Part shown: positions 53,209 to 64,000 of the stretch, in pieces | Layout of the letters: each line of letters begins with the position of its first letter | Position numbering within the stretch: the first letter of the stretch is position 1 | Assembly (NCBI RefSeq): GCF_009914755.1 | Contig: NC_060928.1 | DNA: 64,000 nucleotides | Direction: 5' to 3' (one strand) | Source of the DNA: the human T2T-CHM13v2.0 reference genome, Homo sapiens | Translations under genes and position numbers: made by a program | The notes under the pieces: model-generated | Told to the model about the DNA's origin: nothing | The model's input: only the letters and a program-made list of their open reading frames with translations | Database searches by the model: none

Positions 53209-54097
53209 TGATATGGTTTGCATGTTTGTCCCCTCCAAATCTCACGTTGAAATGTGATCCCCAATGTTGGAGATAGGGCCTGGTGGGAGGTATTTGGATC
53301 ATGGGGGTGGGTCCTTGTTCTGCTGGATCTCTATTGACTGCAGTAGGGATGGCACCAGGTTCAAGAGGCAGAAGAAGAGACCTGGAGCCAGCAGACAAGA
53401 CATAGGGTTTTATTAGCATTAAACTTGCACACAGGGGTGGTCCAGTGGTAGCAGGCTGGACAGGAGGACCACAACCACTTGCAAAAACCCTGAAGTTTAT
53501 ATAGCGTTTTCACTTAGCACCTTTCCTCTAACAGTCTCCACCTGGAAAACATCATTTAACTCAAAACAAAGGGACTTGATCCCCTGTATGACCCTTGTTC
53601 CATGGGATGGGCTGGGGGTTCAGATGTTCCTCACAAATATGAAATTAATCTCTGGGTTGGCCACTCCCAGATTTCTTAGCTTGAAACTTCAAACACATAT
53701 TCAGGTGCATCTGCTATACAGTGTAATTCTCAGGGTATGCTTAAGTTATTGCTGCCAGGTGCATCTGCCATACAATCCCTCATGAATGGCTTGGTGCTGT
53801 CCCCATGGCAATTAGTGAATTATTGCTCTATTAGTTACTCAGGGATCTGGTTGTTAGAGTCTGGCACCTCCCTCCCCTTCTCTTGCACCCCCTCTAAACA
53901 TGTGACACATCTGCTCCCCTTTTACCTTCTGCCATGATTATAAGCTTTCTGAGGCCCTCAACAGAAATAGACGTTGGTGCCATGCTTCTTGAAGGTTCTG
54001 CAGGTTGGCACCTGCAGAATCATGAGCCAAATAAACCTATTTTTAAAATATCCAGTCTCAGGTATTCCTTTACAGCAGTGCAAAACAGACTAATACA
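53209..54097 (+). mobile_element. MST MaLR LTR interrupted by a reverse ERV LTR (LTR32-like, 53316-53774)
   Basis: MST start tgatatggtttg and end acagactaataca; the insert has TG...CA termini. Confidence 0.75.
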
Positions 54098-54254
54098 GGG
54101 GGTCAGAGAGTGATGGGTTGCTATTTTAGGTGGAGTGGTCAAGGAAGACCTCTTTCAGGAAGAACATTTGAACAGAGACCCAAATGGAGTGAAAAAGTGA
54201 GGTCTGCAGTTTTCTGGAGGAGGAGTGTTCTATGAAGGCACTGCTTCCTCACTG

Positions 54255-54619
54255 TGTTAGCCTGTTCTCATGCTGCTAATAAAGATTTACCTCAGGCTGG
54301 GTAATTTATAAAGGAAAGAGGTTTAATTGACTCACACTTCTGCAAGGCAGGGGAGACCTCAGGAAACTTACAATCATAGTGGAAGGGGAAGCAAACATGT
54401 CCTTCACATGGCGGCAGGAAGTGAAGTGAGTGCTGAGTGAAGTGGGAAGCCCCTTAAACCATCAGATCTCTTGAGAACTCACTATCATGAGAACAGCATG
54501 GTGGAAACCACCCTCATGATTCAGTTTCTTTACCTGCTCCCTCCCACGACACGTGGGGATTATGGAAACCACAATTCAAGATGAGATTTGGGTGGGGACA
54601 CAGCCAAACCAAATCACTC
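54255..54619 (-). mobile_element. THE1/MST MaLR LTR
   Basis: gatttgggtggggacacagccaaacc terminus. Confidence 0.82.
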
Positions 54620-54911
54620 ACCATGGAGCATCATCAGCTGTGACTTACCACCCCACCATGCCTCCACTAGATAGATTCCCTGAGGATAGGGAAGCCATGC
54701 AGAAGAAGAGCAGAAACTTCTATAGTGATGGCAGGTGGGTGGTGGAGCATGGCTGGGAATGAAGGGAGAAAAGAAGATGCTGGCTACAGATAGGAATCTG
54801 CTTTCTTAAAAATGTTTACCACCTAAAAGCTATGTGGTAATATGAATTGGATCCTAGAATACAGAAAGGACATGAGTGGAATAATTGGTGAAATCTGAAC
54901 AAAGTCTGTAG

Positions 54912-55332
54912 TGTGGAAGCTAAAACACCTCCATCTTGGAGGCTAATCCATCACTTTGACTTCTGATTAACCCAGATCCAGGAAAGCCTCTAAGATTTCC
55001 AGTTAATCTATTATTCCTGTGTAACAGTAACTACTTACCATAAGTCCTGCCCTTAGGTTAAAGTGACCTTCATTCTATCATATTTCAGTTGTCTTACACA
55101 TCCCTTCTGAGTGACCCTTCCCTGTGGTATCCAAGCCCTTGGTCTGGTGGGTAATAGCACAGGGATCCACCATCTTGTCTTGCTGCTGCCTGAGAAACAA
55201 ACATGGTTTCTGTTCATAAGTCCCTATTAAATATTTCTTTCTTAGGAGCCGAATATGTTAGCCTCCTTTTTGGCCTTTCAGCTTCCTTGGACTTTGGGGG
55301 CAGGTTTGCATAGGCCTGCTCACTGAAGAACA
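54912..55332 (+). mobile_element. LTR47-like solo LTR
   Basis: TGTGGAAGCTAAA...CTCCATCTTGG start; flanking GTAG duplication. Confidence 0.7.
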
Positions 55333-55768
55333 GTAGTTAAGGGTAATATTTACCAATGTTAATTTTCTTAGTTTTGATAAACATCATGGTTATAAATGAT
55401 GTTCACATTAGGTAAAGCTGAGTGATGGCACAAAAGCTGAGTAATGGGAGCTCTGTGCTATTTTTGTAACTCTTCTGTAAATCTAAAATTATTTCAAAAT
55501 AAAAAGTTAAAAGACAAAGCCAGGCATAGAGGCTCACGCCTGTAATTCCAGTACTTTGGGAGGCCAAGGCAGGAGGATTGCTTGAGTCCAGGAGTTCGAG
55601 ATCAGCCTGCACAAACTGAGCAACATAGTGAGACCCTGTCTCTACAAAAAAATACAAAAATTAGCTGGGTGTGGTGGTGCATTCCTGTAGTCCTGGCTAC
55701 TTGAGAGGCTGAGGTGGGAGGATCACTTGAGTCCAGGAGTTTGAGATTAGAGTGAGCTATGATTGCAC

Positions 55769-56387
55769 TGACACAGAATGGCTGGGCTCCCAGCTAAACC
55801 TCACCCTTAAGCCTGGAACTGTGGCCCCAAGTGAAAACAGCTGACCCCATTTTCCCCCCACAAATGTTGCCTTTTTGACCTGCCACGCCCCTATCCTGTG
55901 CCCATAAAAAGACTGCAGCTGGCAGAGCAACACAAGCGGCTGAGCAGCAAGTAGAGAAGCAACTGAGCGTCAGAGACTACAGATAGACGCGGCTAACTTC
56001 AGACTCTGGCTTCAGGGAAAGACTACCTTCTTCCCGCACCATCCCCTTTCCAACTCCTATCCCGCTGGGAGCCACTTCCATTGCCCAATAAAATTCTCCA
56101 TATACACTACCCTTCAATCCGTTTGTGTGATCTGATTCTTCCATGATGCGAGACAAGAACCCAAGTGCCGAGAGGGCAGGGGCTTGGACGCTGCTGCGGG
56201 GCTCGCATAGAACCTGCTCCTGCCCCAGAGGAGTGACTGGCCGGTTCTAGCATTCATTCCCTCGGGTTCCTGCACTCGCTTGAACGCTTCCTCTCGGGAG
56301 GAGTGGCCAGTGGTGGGCTGAGTGAAACGTGTCACTCCAGTTCCCACCCGCAAAGAGGGTCAAAGTCAACAGAACAAGCCTATTTTA
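55769..56387 (+). mobile_element. LTR9-type ERV1 solo LTR inserted into an AluJ (55519-55768 + 56388-56443)
   Basis: TGACACAGAATGGCTGGGCTCCC start; 4-bp TSD GCAC; the Alu resumes in register afterwards. Confidence 0.85.
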
Positions 56388-56489
56388 GCACCACCGCACT
56401 GCAGCCTGTGTAACAGAGCAAGACTGTCTCAAAAAAAAAAAAAGATTTAAAAATGCCGTCCGCTTTATACTAGCAAAATATTGATGAAA

Positions 56490-58985
<2,496 letters not shown>

Positions 58986-59076
58986 AAATTTTTTAAAAAA
59001 GACCTAAATAAATAGAGAAATATGTTATATTTATGGATTGATGAACTTGGTATTTTAAAAATGAACAGACAATGTA

Positions 59077-59380
59077 GGCTGGGCACGGTGGCTCACGCCC
59101 GTAATCTCAGCACTTTGGGAGGCTGAGGTGGGCGGGTCACGAGGTCAGGAGATGGAGACCATCCTGGCTAACACGGTGAAACCCCGTCTCTACTAAAAAT
59201 ATATAAAAAAAATTAGCCGGGCGCGGTGGCGGGCGCCTGTAGTCCCAGCTACTCAGGAGGCTGAGGCAGAAGAATGGCGTGAACCCGGAAGTCGGAGGTT
59301 GCAGTGAGCCGAGATTGCGCCACTGCACTCTATCCTGGGAGACAGAGCGAGACTCTGTCTCAAAATAATAATAAAAAAAA
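59077..59380 (+). mobile_element. AluY/Sc-type
   Basis: CpG-rich Alu; TSD aaaaatgaacagac. Confidence 0.9.
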
Positions 59381-59393
59381 TGAACAGACTAGA

Positions 59394-59463
59394 TGTAATT
59401 GCACAACAGGTTTTCCTGCCTCCTGCAGAGACAAAACCAGTTCACTGAGACCATGGTATTCCG

Positions 59464-59497
<34 letters not shown>

Positions 59498-60172
59498 TTT
59501 AATTGACACAAGGCTGGACACACGGGAGACGGAGTTATTACTCAAATCAGTCTTGCCAAGAACTCAGAGGCTAGGGTTTTTGTGGACAACTTGGTGGGCA
59601 AGTGGGTAGGGAATGGAGGCTGCTGATTAGCTGGGGATGAAATCATAGGGTTGTGGAAATCGGTCATTTTGTGCTAAGTGCACCTCTGGGTGGGCCTGCA
59701 GGGTCAGTTAAGTCATGAGTCACAGGTCCAGGTGGGATCAGCTGGTGGCCAGAAAGTCTGAAAAAAAAATCTCAAAAGGTCAATCTTAGGTTCTACAATG
59801 GTGATGTTATCTATAAGAGAAATTGGGAAAGTCACATGTTGTGTGGCCTTTGGCCACATGACTCCTGAGCAGTAAGGGATTACAAAAACTACACCTATAT
59901 TTTAGCAGAATTCAGGCCTCTCTCATAATCCTAATATTGTGGACTTTCATTAGTCTTACAAAGGTGGTTTTAGTCCCTCAACTAGGAGGGGTTTGGTTTA
60001 AGGGAGGGACTTTATCATCCTTGCTTCAAAGTTCAACTATCAACTATATTCCTCCCCAAGTTAGCTTGGCCTGTGCCTAGGAATGACCAAGGACAGCTTG
60101 GAGATCAGAAGCAAGATGGAGTCGATTATGTCAGATTTCTCTTACTGTCATAATTTTGCAAAGGCAGCTTTA
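59394..60172 (-). mobile_element. LTR8A-like ERV1 solo LTR
   Basis: Reverse complement begins ...CTGCCTTTGCAAAATTATGACAGTAAGAGAAATCTGACATA. Confidence 0.75.
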
Positions 60173-60526
60173 TAAACAGTCCAGAAACAGACAATATGCA
60201 GTCACTAGGGTTATGACAAAGGGACAATAAAGCACAAGAAAAAGAATGATCTTCATAAATAGCAATAAATCAATTGGATACCCACATAGGAAAAATGAAT
60301 CACAACTTCTATACTACATGATACACAAAAATCAATTCCATATGTATTGTATGAAATGAAGCTTCTAAAAGAAAACAAGGATATCTTTATGATCTTGGTG
60401 AAGGCAATTATTTTTCAAACAGGACACAGAAAGTATAAACCACAAAGAAAATAAATCATAAAATGGACTAAATTAAAACTAACAACTTCCTTTTTAAAAA
60501 GATCCCATTAAGAGAATGAAAAAACT

Positions 60527-60833
60527 GGCCGGGTGTGGTGGCTCACACCTGTAATCCCAGCACTCTGGGAGGCTGGGGCAGGCAGATCACCTGGTAGGCA
60601 AATCTCCTGAACTCAACCAGGAGTTCGAGACCAGACTGGCCAATGTGGTGAAACCCCATCTCTACTAAAAATACAAAAATTAGCTGGGTGTATTGGCACA
60701 CATCTGTAATCTCAGCTACTCGGGAGGCTGAAGTAGGAGAATTGCTTGAACCCGGGAGGCAAGCAAGCCAAGATTGTGCCACTGCACTCCAGCCTGGGTG
60801 ACAGAGTGAGACTTTGTCTCAAAAAAAAAAAAA
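60527..60833 (+). mobile_element. AluS-type within ancient L1M fragments (~60180-61260)
   Basis: Forward Alu dimer. Confidence 0.88.
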
Positions 60834-61344
60834 GCCATAACATGGGAGAAATTTGTATCTCACCTATCTGACAAAGAACTGGTCTCTAGAATATATAACT
60901 ACTACAAATCAGTAAGACAATTCAACAGATACTTTCAAAGCACAAAGCAACATGGATGAATCTCACAGACATGATGAGGTCAAGGAGCCAGACACAAAAG
61001 AGTATATGTGGTATGATTGGTATGATTTAATTCATATAAAGTTTAAAAGCAGGCAAAACTTCTGTATGGCCATACTTGTTATATTTAAGGATGAGGTGGC
61101 TAGTAACTGAAAAGGGGCATGAGGGTGCTTCTGGGATGCTGGTGATATTTTATTTCCTGGTCTGGGTGTTGTATAAAGAAATGTATTCATTTATGATTTG
61201 TACACTTTCTATATATCTACATCTATATCTCTATGCTATATTTCAGTAAAAGTTTGTTAAAATGCCATATGGCTTAGTTGGAGAGAAAAGTATAGATTGG
61301 GATTGTAATGAATTATTCTCTGATGAACTATTGAACTCACCATT

Positions 61345-61830
61345 GTATTATCTACTGCTGCAAAACAATTATTCTGAAACTTAGCAGCTTAAAACAACAA
61401 ACATTTATTATCATTCAGGGTCTCTCATGAGGTTGCAGTCTAACTTGGCTGGGGCTACAATCATCTGAAAGCTTGACTGGGACTGGGGGATCCATGTTCC
61501 AGCTCATTTGCACTGTTGGCAGGCTCTAGTTCCTTGCTAGCTGTCAGCGGGTCTTCAGTCTCTCATTACATGGCCATACAGCACCTGAGTGTCCTCACAA
61601 CATGACAGCTGGCTTTCTCCAGAGTGAGTGAGCAAAGGGGGAAAGGCAGCCCAAGATGAAAGACACTGTGTTTTTAAATGACCTAATTGTGGAAGCTACA
61701 TACCATCACTTCTGCTGTATTCCACTGACAACACAGATCAACCCTAGTGCAATGAAAGGGAACTACCCAAGAGCATGAAGACGAGCTGGTAGGGATCTTT
61801 GGGAGCCATCTTGTGATGGTTTCCACAGCT
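61345..61830 (-). mobile_element. MLT1-type MaLR LTR
   Basis: tgtattatctactgctgc...aaacttagcagcttaaaacaacaaacattt motif. Confidence 0.65.
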
Positions 61831-63039
61831 ATCTTTCTCACAACCCTTACTAGAATATTAATGGAAATTCTAAGATTCTCACACTTCTCTCTGTTATAAT
61901 TCATTAATATGTACAAAAATCTCTAGCTGCTTTCAAACTGGTGACCCCATTGGAAGAACTTGCCGGTGGGGGTGAGGAGAAACCTGAGAAGAGGGTCAGA
62001 TTCTTCCATCACTGTCCCAAGGGGCATAGACTCTGTGAAGATGGTCGTTTCTAGCCTGTGATTTCAGAAATTCTGGCAGGTCCCCCTGCCCTTGGTACCT
62101 CAACATAATATGACCAGTGATCCCTGAAATAACTCCAAAGGAAACCTATGCCACTGGTGAAAGATGTTCCTTTCCTATCAAATGCAGGCACACTAGCAGC
62201 ACAGTAAAGCAGTGGTTCCCAAACTTGGCTGCTCTTTAGAATTTCATGGGGAGCTGTGAAAAATGTGAATTCCTGAGTCTGTCCAGAAAACCGATTCAGA
62301 CTCTCCAGAGGTGGACTTCCAGACTCTGCAGTTTGAGAAGGCTTCTCTCCATCTGTCAGAGTAAGAAAAAAATTTTGAAAATCAATAAAAAAGAAAAAAG
62401 AGAAGGCTTCTTAGGAAGTTCTGAGAGAAGAGTTGGCCAAGCATCTGACAGCTGGTCCTGCAGCGGTATTTGGAAACTACTGACATATACCATTAGTGTG
62501 TGTAGATTTCAGACCCCTTCTGGGGAGTGAGTTTCAATGTTGGGAGTGAGGGTGGGATAGCCATTTGTCCACAAAGAGCCCATTTTTCTTCCCAGCTCTC
62601 TCTGCTCAATGTGCTGAGTGAGATAGTGCTTCTCAGCCTCTTTGAACGCTTTCTTGTCCCTCTGCCTGCACTTTGGTTCCCATCACGTCAGCCTTGAAGG
62701 TGGAGTGGCCTGTCAGCACCACAGGCTTGTGACTGGAGCCACAGGATCTCCTTTATCTCCTCAGCTTCAGGCTCTGTTGTGTGAATCCAGGCTAAGAGCA
62801 GTTCAATGACTCAGGGTTAAGAGGACACACCGCCATCTCTTGACTCAGCCAGGAGATCCTTCCTCTTTGGCAATAAAAGGACACAATGCTTTGTAGAGTT
62901 GCCACTTAATATAGATGAGATTACAGTTTGTGGACTGGATGAATCTAGAGACTTGTTTTCTCACCTATGAGAAAATATGCAAGGCATGGGAACATTCTTC
63001 ATAGTAGTAAAAATTGAAAATATTTGTTTTTTTCATCCA

Positions 63040-63520
63040 TTCACTCAACAAATATTTGTTGAGCATCTCTGATCTTATCTTCTACTACTGTCTTGCTTAT
63101 ACCTCTCCAACCACACTAACCCCGCTGATCTTCTTAGAACAAACCAGGTACTCCTCTGCCTTAAGGAATCTGCTGCAGCCTGGAACTTTCTTACCCAGTT
63201 GTCTACTGAGCTAACTTCCTCACCTTCAAATCTTTGCTTACTTCTCACCTTCTCGATAGGGGTTAACGTGACCACCCTATTTACCCCTGCAACCAGCTTC
63301 CCTTCCTTACACTGTTCTACCTTTTATTTTTCCACAGCTCTGTTTACCTTTTAATACACTATTTCATTGATTAGGTCATCGTTTATCGTTTGAGTTCCTC
63401 TCTTGAATGTTAAGTTTCATCAGGGCAGGAATCTTTGTCTGTTTTTTTCACCATGTGTCCCTGGTACCTGGCATGGAGTCTGGCACGTAAGAGACACTTG
63501 ATAAATATTTGTTGAATGAA
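63040..63520. mobile_element. L2 LINE fragments
   Basis: L2 3'-end motifs cattcactcaacaaatatttgttgag and ataaatatttgttgaatgaat. Confidence 0.65.
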
Positions 63521-64000
63521 TCAACTGGGAGCCGGAAGAGCAGCATGCAATACAGATAAGATCACTGGTGTCATAGAGCTCATGATTTATTGGAGGTGAA
63601 TGTAAATGAATTATTACAGAAATGCTTATTTAGTGATAATTGTGATAGCTAAGAAGGAAATATGGAGTTGTATCTGAGAGTATACGAGGGGCCCAACCTA
63701 ATTAGGGGGCCAGGGATAGTTTGTTGAGGCAGCAACACTTAGCCTGAGACCAGAAGGTGGAGTGGAGTAATCCAGCTGAGGGAGCTGGGAAGACAGTGGA
63801 AAGACCCTCTTAGATTTCAAGTAGTTTTCAGTTGTCCGGCTTATAACAACCGGGCATGCTGACAACCACATGGAGGTGCCTCTCTTTTCTCTTGAAGTAG
63901 CTATTCAAACTGAGTTTCCAAAAATCTGTAGACTACCTCTACACCAACATCTGAACACCAACTTCAGAATATTTCTCTTGTTACAGATGGATGCTCTTTG

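Noticed and set aside
63978-63991. TTGTTACAGATGGA identical to the exon 8 acceptor region (7882-7895)
   Set aside because: Several 14-mer matches are expected by chance in 64 kb; similarity does not extend and the window ends here

Overview
Primate (almost certainly human) genomic DNA. Positions ~716-12215 hold the complete 9-exon UCHL1 gene (ubiquitin C-terminal hydrolase L1 / PGP9.5, + strand, 223 aa), with a CpG-island/TATA promoter. I reconstructed every exon from GT-AG boundaries, and the catalytic triad Cys90/His161/Asp176 is intact. The remaining ~52 kb is repeat-dense with no recognisable protein-coding gene: a near-full-length but disabled L1PA3/PA4 (- strand), older L1 fragments, about 25 Alus, many solo LTRs (MLT2A, THE1, MST, LTR18, LTR9, LTR8A, LTR47, LTR27/28-like), Tigger3b and MER DNA transposons, and a Y3 RNA retropseudogene. 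I see no evidence of a wholly new multi-gene system. The most interesting sequence-level observations are: (i) three retroelements stacked into one L1-endonuclease site, with the L1 apparently carrying a 3' transduction; (ii) that L1 lacks its YY1 site and has an open, extended ORF0-Alu fusion frame; (iii) a 12-nt UCHL1 microexon with a UGC-rich acceptor, behind a stop-free in-frame intron 1; (iv) an unexplained 43-bp dispersed repeat pair flanking a strong CTCF motif; (v) an 18-nt orphan retro-insertion. Repeat subfamily names come from my recall of consensus sequences and need RepeatMasker/Dfam confirmation; repeat boundaries without TSDs are approximate.
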